A DNA stretch of 64,000 nucleotides from Callorhinchus milii (Eukaryota): the NCBI RefSeq assembly GCF_018977255.1, contig NW_024704742.1, positions 77,378,001 to 77,442,000 on the forward strand, written 5' to 3'. This document shows positions 39,111-51,370 of this stretch, piece after piece. The notes beneath the pieces are model-generated. The model was not told where the DNA came from. It worked only from the letters and a program-made list of their open reading frames with translations, and ran no database searches. Numbering within the stretch: position 1 is the stretch's first letter; every line of letters begins with the position of its first letter. The position numbers and the translations under genes were made by a program.

Positions 39111-41162
39111 GCATTGAATGGGCCAGAAATGAGACTTCTTACTTCCCAATCTTTCTCCCATCCACCCCCTCTTCCAGGAAGCCAGGTCTACGGTTTTCGA
39201 CTTTTGATGGACTTTGGCTGCCAGTTAGCGGAATTCTGCTTAACCAATGCCATCGTGCTTGGCATCACCTTGAGAATTTTTCTCTCCCTTTCCTTCTTTT
39301 GAAGACTTGCCTGAATGAAAGCTCAAAGTTCTCTGGGCTTTTACTAAACAAAATATCCAACAAGAGAAGTATGTCTTTAACCAGCAGCTCACAATCCACA
39401 AACCCTGCTTTGTGGAATTTAAGAATAGCGGAATTAGAGAGAGGAATCTGCCTCCAGCCCATTCAATGCGATAACTATTACATGGACCATTCCTGTTCCT
39501 CCATCTATGCACAGAAGACACCTGAAATATTCAAGAAAGGATCCTGATGGTGTTCTTGAAGGAATTCATGGTGGTACTTTCATTTTAGACTTATAAAATT
39601 TCTTTGATGACCTTTAGTGAAAAGCTAACACATATGGAGCAGGTTCTAAATCAATTTGCGCTGTTCTCATCAGCCATGTGAATCATAGTGTCATTTTGTG
39701 CAATATAAATTGTGAATAAAAGTCTGTGTGTGTGTATGTGTGATTTATTAACATTGAGATTTCTTGTGAGACACAAAACATGAATACCTTACACAGCATC
39801 TGCAAAAAGTAGGCTTGTGACTTGGATGCATTTTCGATAATTGCTAACAATTTTGCCAACAGTTAATCTGTTGTCAGTAGATGTATGTAATCCTGTGTAG
39901 GTTTCAAAATAGAGGTGCACAATCAAGGAGATCTGTCATTTTCACCTACAAATATACAGTCACTACACTTCACAGAAAACTGTGAAATGCTTTGAGATAT
40001 TTTGACATGACAACATGCTTTAGCAAATACAAGGAATATCATTATTGTCATATGATGACTGCTAGAAACAGCAATCTCTTTGGTATGGCTTTATAATAGG
40101 CTTTTCTGCTCGGGAGACTTATGAAAAAGATTGTTATTGAATAGTGATCAGTGTCTGATAGACTACATACTCGGGAAGCCACCTGAATAGGTGGATTGCA
40201 GATCAGGGCACCAAAGGGTCAGCTTGGTTAACAAGCAGCAGAAAAAGCATTCAATGACATTGACAATGGGCCGGAAACAAAAGCCTGCACAATTGGGATT
40301 TCCAGTTTTCCATTGTAGGTGGACTTTTTTTTTATTTGGGCCGATTTTCATCTGAGAAAAGGCCTGAAAACTCAGAAAGTCAGAAAACAACGCCAGCTTA
40401 AAAGTAGCCATTGGCAGGGCTTGGACATTGGAATTTTTTCACGTTTTTATTATATCACAAGGACACCACCTCACTGGCACAAAACTGGAAAACAACTGCT
40501 TGTGGCTTCAAAGCCTGTATTCCACTCTGAAGGGTCTATAGCACAGCAGCATTCCCCCTCCTTCCACCCCAACTCACGCACTGCCATGAGCTTGACTTCC
40601 CAGCTTCTTTCCAATTCATTTGCATTCATTTACAGGGTAGGATGTGTGCAGCATCCCTTATGCAAAATACAGATCCATAATTATCCTGTCAGCTCAAACT
40701 TTGCTTTTCCACGTTCCACCTGGTTTAAGACCATTACCCCTGTCCATGAGTCCTCTCGTCCAGGACCCCTCCCCTGAGTCCATGCTACATGTGGTTCGAA
40801 TGTCAGGTTTATCCAGCACTCTCAGCTTGTTATCGACTGTGTTCCTTAGCTGGCCCTCTATGAAGTAGTCCTTGAGTGATGAAGGAACACATCCCCTCTC
40901 CACTTGGCAGACTAAGAGTAGCAAAGGCATGTTAGTGATGCTTGAAGTGAAGTGTAATAGGATTGGGGTTTGAACTAAGTATGTTAGTCCAACAATCTAG
41001 CACTGTAAAGTTAATGTGCTTTGTTCCCCCCATTTTGATTATTTACAAAATGAATCCTCCTACTTATTGAACTGAATGGATTTCAAGATCAAGATCATAT
41101 AAATGATGAAGAATAAGAGACCCGGCAGATGGTTGATTGATTTTGGACTCTTTCTCTTCCAG

Positions 41163-41231
41163 CGTACCTAGAGGACAGCTTCGTAAAATCAGGAGTCTTC
41201 AGCATTGGAGAGCTAATGCGAGTGTCGAGAA
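41163..41231 (+). CDS. NFIB: NFIB exon 4 (69 nt, phase 1-1): [23 protein letters not shown]
   Basis: Acceptor tttctcttccag; donor GAA|gtaagt; conserved NFI DSFVxSGVF motif. Confidence 0.97.
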
Positions 41232-44198
41232 GTAAGTGATATCTCCGGTTGGTTTCATCCCAGAAAGACATTCATTCATACTTATACGTAATCTCTTCTT
41301 GGAATTGCCAGGCATAAACTAGTTCAAGTAATAGAGATTGGCATTTTACGTCCTGGAACTTAACTGGCTATAAATTATCACAGACTGTTCAACCTGCAGC
41401 TTGGACTAGAAACCTCTTACTGTGTCAATAGTTTGGGGAGAAAAGTAACTGGTGTGATCTAATGACTACTGTGTTGGCATAGCATTCATTTTGGTGCATC
41501 TTTACTGCTTGTAAACACTCCACCTTGATTGATTTCAAAGATTTTGCTAAAGAAAGTGTGAAATGACTATGTGATGACATCTGGAGCTCCTGTAAACACC
41601 AGGATATACTGTAGAGGTTACGGGCACGCTATATACAGTACATACAAGTATACATCTGTCAGTTTGGAAGGCCCATCTGCTGAGTGACTTCATGTAGTTC
41701 GAAAGCAAGCTGTTGTAAATAGCTTTGCTTTGCAGTTCAAGAATGCGTTGACTTTGGAAAGAAAGCCATGACCTCCACATTCAGTATAAGGGGATTCAGG
41801 ACAAAACTAGACTATCAACTCGGGTATTAATGAATAACCCTATTGCAGATAATGATTGCAAAAACAAAAAACATGATGCTATACCCTAGTGTTCAATGTA
41901 GCTGCATTGGAAGCTCCCTTTATCCCCTACAATTTTGACGACTATTAGTTTTACCGTGGTGTAAAAGTATGGTACAGTAAAAATATTGATCGTCAAATTG
42001 TGGGAAAAAAGAGAGCTAGGTTGTTGAACTCTCAATTAAGAAACTGAGATCAAATCCCAATCCCTTCATGTAAACATCTCAAAGTTCGTTTGAGCCCCGG
42101 TGTTGAAGGTAAAGTGAAATTTTTCCATGTCAGTCGCCATACAATGATAACTCACACATGTCAGACCTGAGGGCAGTGATATTAGGAAGCTTTCGCCTAA
42201 CAATTAACAGCTGGTGCAGAGCTTTCCAAACCGAATCTAGAGGTGGTGCCAAGATGGCAGAACTAATCCTATTGCGTAAAATGGACAGAATATCGTGCTA
42301 CTGAGTGTGGCTGCCAGATGTTGAAATGGTTACAAATCAACAAGCATGTTGATTTTCACGTTCCTCACCCCATCCCCCACCCATTCTCCTTGAAAATTCT
42401 GTGAATGGTTCCCATGTATTTTGGAATAACATTCGTATGTTAAATACACCCTTTGGATTCATGGATATTTGTGGCCATTAATTGAGCAGGGTTCAAGTGC
42501 ACAAAAATTCCAAATGTTTGATTGCAAGGGCCTTATCAGCACGTGTGATCTATCATGAGCAACATTCGCACCAGAGCAACTGAACAGCTCTGGAGAAAGT
42601 GCAGCCTGTGTGGAAGTCCAGCAGTTAACACATGCAGATTCCTGATTACTGAGCAAATGCTTAGAGATGCAAAACTGAAAACTAATCCTCCTGTTTTCTG
42701 CGGATTCGAGTATCCAACTTGTACTTTATTAGCTTGTTACGGTCCTCACTTCACATTCCAGCCAGATTCAAAGCTCAGGTGACTGATACTCCAAGTAAAC
42801 CAGCAATCTGAGATACTTAACGCACTTCATCAGTTTTGACTCCCGGCTTGTGTTGAGTCAGCTGATCTGAGTCAGGTTGGTGGTACATTATCTCAGTATT
42901 CCTAAGAGGAAAAAAACAGGATCCAAGCCCTGATTGCTGTCTGGGGATCCATGCTGGAAAATGCTTACACCACCCCCCCCACACCCGCCCCCTTCCTTCC
43001 CTCATTGTTTTAGGCTGATGTGTGAAGAATGTGGGCGCATCACCAAATGCTGCCCAATGCTAGACCATTGTAAATCATGGTCTTCAGAAGGGGAGAAACT
43101 TTTAACTTACAAATCCCGCCAAAAGACCTTCTCCATTGATCGTGCTTACGGTCACCTCCCCTCTCCCTCTGGCTCAGGGTCAGACTCTGCCACTGTCAAG
43201 TGCTCCGGGACTCTACCCCGCATGAAGGGCGCTATATAAATGCAAGTTTTTTTGTAACTGCAAGACTGCTGTAGGTCTGTTGAAAGCCCTGTGGAACAAC
43301 CTGTTCTATATATTTTCAGCTCGTACGCTGTGACGATTGAAAAAATATTAATGCTACAAAGTAAAGCTACTTAGACATCAGAGCTTTATTGCTCTGATGT
43401 TAACTCTGAATATTAAAAACATATTTTTGTTATAAAAGCTATGCCTGTTCTTCCTATCCTGTCTTCCTCTATTTTCTCTTTCTTTTGCGATTATTGTTAT
43501 TAATTGTTTTCCACCCATTCCATCTCTATCCTACCTACTCTATCCATTTGGGAACTCTTTTCAAACTCTTAAAGAATTTCATTTTACTTTTCTTGCTTTT
43601 TCAAACACTGCAATCCCACCCTCTATTTCAAGATGGGAGCTGCATTCATTATGAATGTATTTTTGTTGACTGAAATTTGACTTTTAAGGTCACAGGTTCT
43701 GAAAATTGATCTGATCACATCATAGATATGACCAAGTCGATCCTTGGTACAAGTATTGTTCTGCAATAAAACCGGAACGTTTATGCCTCCAGTTATTCTT
43801 GTCAGAAAGCCACAGCAACATGACGGCACTTGGATACGTGTGCAAGTGTCGCACCCAAGAGTTAACATTTCCTGAAATGCAATGTTTACAAAGTGATTTT
43901 AACAAATATCCCACAGTACAGTATACATTGAGGTGCCTGGCATTTCACCTAGTCATAGACCATTTAGTCGTAAAAAAGTTCATTTTCGATTTCAAAACCA
44001 GTTTTCCGTAGTCATTAAAAAAAATCTGGCTTTTGAAGTAAGAATGAATTTAAGAATTTTTAATCATACAGGCTAAGACTATGTGGAATTTGGAAACCTC
44101 TTTGTGACCTACGGAAGAGTATTCTGAAATAATTTATTGCATGAACCAAATGTTATCGATCTATGGATTCATAAAAGTTTTATTTTCTTCTTTTTCAG

Positions 44199-44313
44199 TG
44201 CCTATAACCCAAGGAAGTGGAGTCAGTTACAATCTTGGAGAAATTCAAAGTCAGCCATTCTACCATGACATTAACTCTGGGCTTCAGAGATCATTGTCCT
44301 CTCCACCGGGCAG
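44199..44313 (+). CDS. NFIB: NFIB exon 5 (115 nt, phase 1-2): [38 protein letters not shown](S)
   Basis: Acceptor ttcttctttttcag; donor CAG|gtacaa; visible in ORF 44141..44326. Confidence 0.96.
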
Positions 44314-45643
44314 GTACAAGCTTTAATATCCACCATTTAGATCACTGTGCTTCAAGCGTTATCATTATTGCGTTAAACCAAACACCATGACATTTACAAC
44401 AGTGAGGAGAATAACAACACTCGTAAACAACACATTTGGCAAAAGTTAAATCCCCAAATCTATCTGGTTGTTCATTAAAGGAGGACAGTTTAAAGTGGAA
44501 TACTGTCAATATGAAGAACTGTCAATATAATAATGACAAATTTTATCCATAGTGATAGACTTGATTTGGTGCTATTTTGGGTCTCTCATTGCACCAGCTA
44601 GACATTGTGGTCTAACAACTGGCAGCGGTTTTTTGCCTATGACTTTACCACAGGGCAAACCAGAATTACTCGTGGTTGTTCATCCTGCTTTCCACCATTT
44701 CATTGCGTTTTGTGAGCTTCTGGAAATCGGCAGCTCCAGTCACACAGACTGACTGACAGACTGGGATCAATGCAGTTCTTATAATCCTTACATTAGCACT
44801 TTCATGTCAGGAGGATGTCTCAAAGTGCTTCACAGGATATTCTGTAAAATGGAATGACTGTGTGTTTTGAAAAGGCTTCCCTCTTCATTTCTAGTATTTT
44901 GCACATACGAATATTGCAGATTAGACTGCAATGTGTATCTTACATCAATTAAAGATCCTGGAATGTAAAGCCATAGGAATACTGAAACTGTTTCTAGATG
45001 TTTACCAGATGAAAATAAAAAGGGGCAATTGCACTGCCCCTCGCAATAATGTAGACATTGAGAGTTGATAGATTTGTGTCTTATTTACTTATTCTATGGT
45101 AAATAGATGATTAACTCACACCCTAACCTGTACTTCAGAGCCGTGTAAACCTCTTGTTGAAATACAGTTGCCAATGGTTTGAATATCGCTGCTATTGACT
45201 GTGTGGAAACCAGAAGTTTACCCCAGAATGAAGTGAAAACTCACAATGGATCCTAACTAAAGCTGGAGCAGATTGGGTCAAGGGTTGTATCAAGGCAAAC
45301 AGATTGAAGCTGAGTGGCTGCACTGAAATGTGTCGTCACCTTTCAGCTCACCAGACAATGGGATAGAATAAAATGTAATGGAAGATGATAGAATGTAGTA
45401 CAACATAATGGAGAACCGACTGTCATTATCTTACACGCTAGATAAGAGCTTTTTTCATGACTCAGTTGGGTCCTTTTATGACTTTATTCAAGGGCTATTA
45501 TCTTATTGGGAAATAATATTGTGGTTATGATTTGGTACTTTATTTCTTAAAAGTCCTGATCTTGGAGAGACGGAGAGTGAAATTATTTTTAAAGTCTTGT
45601 TTAATTTAATTTCAAACCTTAATCTGAATTTTATGTTTGACAG

Positions 45644-45762
45644 CAAACGGCCTAAGGCTATCTCTATCGATGACAGCATAGATACCAGTCCCACAGGAGA
45701 GTTTTACCCTTCTCCCAGCTCACCTACCAGTGTCAGCCGGACATGGCATGAAAGAGATCAAG
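45644..45762 (+). CDS. NFIB: NFIB exon 6 (119 nt, phase 2-1): [40 protein letters not shown]
   Basis: Acceptor tttgacag; donor AAG|gttagt; KRPK basic motif and WHERDQ. Confidence 0.96.
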
Positions 45763-48674
45763 GTTAGTTGTTGGAATCAATGTAACATATTGTTTTAATC
45801 ATTGGACCATTTCAGTATGAAACTGAGATGGGATTGGTGCCCTCCGGTTTAGTCTGTGTGCAGTTTTAGGCTATCCCTCAACGTTTGTACAACACATGAG
45901 CTATATCCATCCAAGACCGAACCGTGCACAAGGGGAGAAGGCTATGGCAGGTATTCTGGAAGGTTGAGCTCAAATGGACCAAGGCAGAAGCTAGACTTTC
46001 ACATGAGGGAGAAGGGAATAGAAGGGTATGGGAGGGAGTAAGCTTAACTGTAAGCTCTGTGGGTGTGACTCTCCCCACCCCCCTTGCCTCTTGTCACCCC
46101 ATTCGGTCTCAATGTTTGGACCCCAAGCCGCCTTGCTGTGCAGTGGAGCGGAGTGCTCATGGATTGGAGTGCTGGTCAGCTGGATAATGATAACCATCGC
46201 TGCTTTGGGAAGTTAGGACGGTACACCGCTAACTCCACTCCATTTCACCAGCCAGCCAGCTGAGGCCGACCTTGACCCAAATGACCTTGATGCAATTGGA
46301 CGTTGTGGGGAGCAGGAGGTCCGTCCTTACTTATCGGCAGGATAGGATTTTCAGTAATGTGTTGACAAACGCATCACAGTCCCAAATTTGACCACTATAT
46401 TTTTACTGTGCAGTTGGAAAGATGAAAAGAGCATTGTTGTCAAAGTTTCTTGGTAAGACTGAAATACTTTTTGCTGGAAGGAAAGTGGAATTTCATCACA
46501 ATGTCCTCTGACTTGTATTCTACTGTTTCATATCTAACTCATTGAAGAATCAGACACCAATGTACTTCCTGTGTCTTCCAGTACAATTGCTTGCGAAGAA
46601 CAGTTAGATTGAGGGAACATTTTCGCATTATGTGGTTGGTCCTATTTTAAGAACTGTAGTGTATGGTTACATTTTTATTAAGCTTCAAGAAAGCTTGACT
46701 TTATTGGTGTGTTTGTGTGTGTGTATGCGCATGTATGTGTATTTGGGGTTTGTGTGTTGCATGGCCTATTTGCTGACTAAAATGATTTTTTTTTGAAAAA
46801 AAGTCTTTGAATTTCTCCAGCTCTAAATGCATATGTAAAAATAGATTTATCTGTGCTATTGGGTGCATAGCCATTGCAGGTGTGAAGAAGAATGTGCTTG
46901 CTTGCCTGGGCTGAGAAGATTATATGTCAATTTAACAGGTGGTTTAGTCATTAAATAATTGACATGACATTAAGCGCTTAAAGGATGATATACAGCTGTA
47001 GAAACCAAGGTGGAATGGTTGTTTGATAAAGGCCTTCCTTTTGTTTCTCTTCAAGACTTCCATCTCATTTGGATAACCTAAGGGGTTGAGAGTTTTCAGA
47101 CTACTTTTAATTTAGAGTCTAATTCGAAGAAATTTCCCAATACTGTGTACAGACTCAAACCAGGATTCCAGTCAGGATTGAGTATTGACTGGGAGAGAGA
47201 CAGCGATACACAGTCAAAGGGTATTTACATATTGCAAACTCAATCGGAACCGTTAAAAATAATTGAGATAGTAAGGCAGATTTGTAAAATATTTAGTTAC
47301 TAATCCTTTGATGACGGTTTCCACACCAAAATCTGTGAAATGTTTTATTTTTTGAGCTGAATTCTAAATCGTGCAATTCTGCTTTGTGATTGGCATTTGA
47401 GATATACGATTTGATAGTTATCACCGGTTATAAATATCACATTGAATTACCACAGCACACAGTGCATTTTTCCATACAATAATAATTTACTTCAGCTTTT
47501 CCGATTTTTAAAATAAAAAGAAACCTGTTTATCTTTGAGAAACTGACACTGAAGTTCTGTGCTGAGAGGGTTAAGTGAGATTGAGTGCAAGGATGAGGGC
47601 TGTTTTCCAAGTTTTCACTCCTTATTGCCTTTGGATTACTTTGACCTCTCTGGAGTTTGCTTCACTAAAAGCTGACGGCTAATTAAAACAACCTTAAAGA
47701 TGAGGAGGGCAGGAGGTTAAGGAGTCATTCAAAAGTTGTTACGGAACATGATAAATAGAGCAACAAAGTGCGCTGGCTTCATCTTTTGACATTTTCTTTT
47801 TCTCTCTTACCCCCTCCCCCGAAGATGACTTGCTTTGTTAGAAATGGCTTCAGTCCCATTGTTTTTACTGAACAAGGAAAAAGAAACCCGGGATCAGTTT
47901 TAGAGATGCACTTGTACCAATTTAAAAGTATCCGTGTTTATTTTGGAGGGACTCATGTATCGGCAATTAGTCAATGTAGAAAATCTATTGATACATCAAT
48001 ATCTCGTGCTGAGATGAATGATTGGTGGTTGTGATTCAGTACAGCCTAAGGCTGTCATCAATAGCAATGGTTGTATCCAGCTAGACAGAGGGCAGTGAGT
48101 CCAGTATGACCTTTTCCACAGCCCTATTTTTGATGTGCTTAAGCAACCTGATCTTCAGATCCAAGGCTCTGCCTGAAGATCCCACTGTTTAAACACATCA
48201 AAAATAGCCCTATTGAAATGCTCGCTGTGGGTTTTCTATGCACCACCAAGGTTAGATACCGCTGAACCAGCACATTTGTTTAAGTTCCTGAATGTAAACA
48301 GGCAATCCTCACGAAAATGTCCTTTTTAGCAAAACATAGCCTCAACTTACTGACAAAGGTTTATGTGTTAACTAGCAGTGGGACACCCGAGTCAAATAAT
48401 AGATTCCTAGCCAATTTGTCAAAAAAATATTTGTTTAATACAACACTGTTAAATTATTTCAAATGATTAATGGATACTGTTGGGTAAACAGTACTTGGTC
48501 CACATTTAAAAAAATCACTTTGGCACATGGCGCTTCTTGCATAAGCAGCTTTTAAATGCTACGCCAATCTAAAGTATGGCAAACTTGCCAGAGCTGAGTA
48601 ATATTCCCAACACATTACAAACAAAGAGCTTCATTAATGAGGTTCACAGTTCCTTTTGCCAATTGCACTTTAAG

Positions 48675-48924
48675 AATAATAATAATAATCCTTGCATTTG
48701 ATATAGCGCTTTTCACGTCTTCTCGACGTCTCAAAGCGCTTCACAGAATAGACTGTAAAGTGAATTGACCGTATATATTTTGAGGGCGAAACGCGACAGC
48801 CAATTGCGCACAGCAGTGTCCCACAAACAGTCGTGGATTGAAAATGACCAATTTATTATTATTTTGTTTTGGAGAGATTATTATTAGGCGTGTGTTGTAA
48901 GGAAACTTGCCCAAGGTTTCGCCC
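48675..48924 (-). mobile_element. 5'-truncated young SINE copy, antisense
   Basis: (AAT)n CCTTGCATTTGATATAGCGCTTTTCACG...GGAAACTTGCCCAAGGTTTCGCCC is the reverse complement of the 59.5 kb copy. Confidence 0.92.
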
Positions 48925-49020
48925 AAGTACTTTCCTTCATTTGAACCCAAAACAATGGGGAAACTTGGCAACTGAGAACTACTTTATAGTAAGCTCAGAA
49001 GTACAAATGCTGCAAATGTG

Positions 49021-49337
49021 TTAATAATAATAATCCTTAAATTTGATATGGAGCTTTCCACATTGGGAGGATATCCCGAAGCATTTTAAAGGATATATGT
49101 GAAGTGTGATAACTGTGTATTTTGTTAGCAAACACGGATTTCACAAACAGTCATGAAGCAAATTATTAATTTTATCTATGTGATTGGTCAGGTCACTGAA
49201 GAAGAAACTCTTTTTGAATAGTGACATGGATCTTTAACACCACCTGATCAAGCAGATGGCCCCTCAGTTGTAATGCCTCATCTGAAGAACCTCCGACAAT
49301 GCAGTAGACCCCCAGCACTGCATTGGAATTTCAGCCT
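49021..49337 (-). mobile_element. Old DeuSINE, antisense, adjacent to the young SINE
   Basis: (AAT)n tail; GGATCTTTAACACCACCTGA...TCATCTGAAG...CACTGCATTGGA. Confidence 0.7.
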
Positions 49338-49721
49338 CGCAGTCTATTAGAGTGATTAGAATGGGAATCATAGAATAATTTGGTTGGTTTTATTCACAAT
49401 TGCAATGGCCATCACTTTTAACATGCAACGTCATCAGGGATTAGTGACGGTCACACTGAACAATAAATGAATATGGAGTTACTATTATGAGGATGTGTGT
49501 GTGTATGTGTGTGTGCGTGGACTTATTTATGTATGTTTGTGTATGAACATCGAGTGTGTGTGAGATTTACAGAAGCAACACTGGACTGTGGTAATAAGTG
49601 GTCACCTGAGCAGAAGAGAGGGTTTTCCTTCGAGACCGTGCACACTGCTTGTGGCAGTACTCCTGCATTAATGAAAATACTATATTCATATGTTTTCATA
49701 TCTCTGTCTACGACTTAGTAG

Positions 49722-49850
49722 AAATGTCATCTCCTACAATGAAGAAGCCTGAGAAGTCAATGTACAGTGGCCCCACATCTCCTCAAGATTCATCACCACG
49801 ACTGAGCACTTTCCCACCACATCATCATCCTGGCATCCCAGGACACAGCG
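49722..49850 (+). CDS. NFIB: NFIB exon 7 (129 nt, phase 1-1): [43 protein letters not shown]
   Basis: Acceptor tagtag (an alternative start at 49719 is possible); donor GCG|gtaatg; visible in ORF 49649..49894. Confidence 0.95.
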
Positions 49851-51182
49851 GTAATGAACTCATGCTTTTGTTATTGGGTTTTATTGAATTGTAAATTGGA
49901 GGCAAACAAATCAGAGAAGAGGTTTTGTGCCACATCTTCTGTGGTACCTTTCGATGCCTAATACATTTCGATCAGCTTGGATTTTTTTTGCTACAAATTG
50001 AGTTGGGGGAGATTTTATTTCCAGTAAGGACATCTCCATTGACAGTCTCTAACTCCACCTGTAAAATAAGGTGGCTCAGTGATGCAGCACCCTCACATCA
50101 TGGGTGCCTAGACCTTGGTGATGGCCAGTCCTCAGAGATTGGCTCTCACAGCTACTTGTGCTTTGAGGTATGCTGGTTGGTTATGATCCATCCGCTTGCC
50201 CAGGAGTTTCTAGTTCATCATCGGAGCAAACTTCCTGCTGCTTAAATCAATCCAGGAATGTTGATAACATAACTGAGAAATAGCCAAGTCCAATTAATGG
50301 CGTTCCGTAATAAGGAATCTTGTAAGAATTCCTGCCGACTCGTAGAAACACCTACTCCAGAAATTGATGTGTTGGATTGGAGGTCAGTGTGATGTACTGT
50401 ACTTTCAGTTTCAATTTGCATAAATTTGATTCCTTATTCACAAATACCACAATGGATCCCATATTAGGTGCATGGAATGGGGGTGGTGAGGGAGAATATG
50501 AAGAGCAAGAGGGAACAAAGTATACAATATCACTGACTTCACAGCAATTGTAGTAGTTATTTATATAGAAACTGTTTCAGTACCTATTAGATACAAGAAG
50601 TTATAATTTGGTCTGCAGAATATATCTAATGTGATTGAGAAAAGAAATATTCTTCCTGCATTCTCTTAAGAGTTTATGGACAGAACAATATTGATGATTA
50701 CTAACTATGATACTCTACGTTGTAAAATAAAGCAGACAGTGCCTCCAGCGCCTTTTGCTTAGCCTTAGATATGTCCTACGTGTTGTTTTTCTGGGGGAAA
50801 TTATTAAATGTTCCTCTTTAGAAGAGCTCCTCCACAGAGTGCCGTGTGAAGGGGGTAAATGAAGGTGAGTCAGTAATGTAATGGGAAACTCTTCTTAAAG
50901 GACCCATTGGGAGAGAACAAGCAACAGAGCAGATTAAAACAGTTAAACAGATTGTAAATTACTGTATAAAAAGGTTACTGGATGCCTACATTTACATACT
51001 TGTAGATCTTGATTTGAAAAAAATATAGTCTGTTAAGTCAACAGTTGACTGACCTGACTGAGAAAGTTTAGAACTTAAAGGAACCCAAATTCTCAGACTG
51101 TTGCAATTGCTGTTTTAAGGCTATGTACAGAGCAAAGCTTTGACCACAACAACCTTATTTCTTATTATTTTTCTATCTTCAG

Positions 51183-51370
51183 TCATCTCAGCAAGAAGCC
51201 CACCTCCTCCTTCACCGCTCCACTTTTCACCGGGCTCCATTCTCCCTCCTGCACCCGGTAGTTACTTCTCACACCCAACAATCAGATACCCACCACATCT
51301 TACCCCTCAGGACACTACGAAGAATTTCGTACAACTTGGCTGTGGCCCGTCCAACCCACAAACAAGCCAG
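51183..51370 (+). CDS. NFIB: NFIB exon 8 (188 nt, phase 1-0): [63 protein letters not shown]
   Basis: Acceptor ttctatcttcag; donor CAG|gtcagt; conserved [13 protein letters not shown]. Confidence 0.97.
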
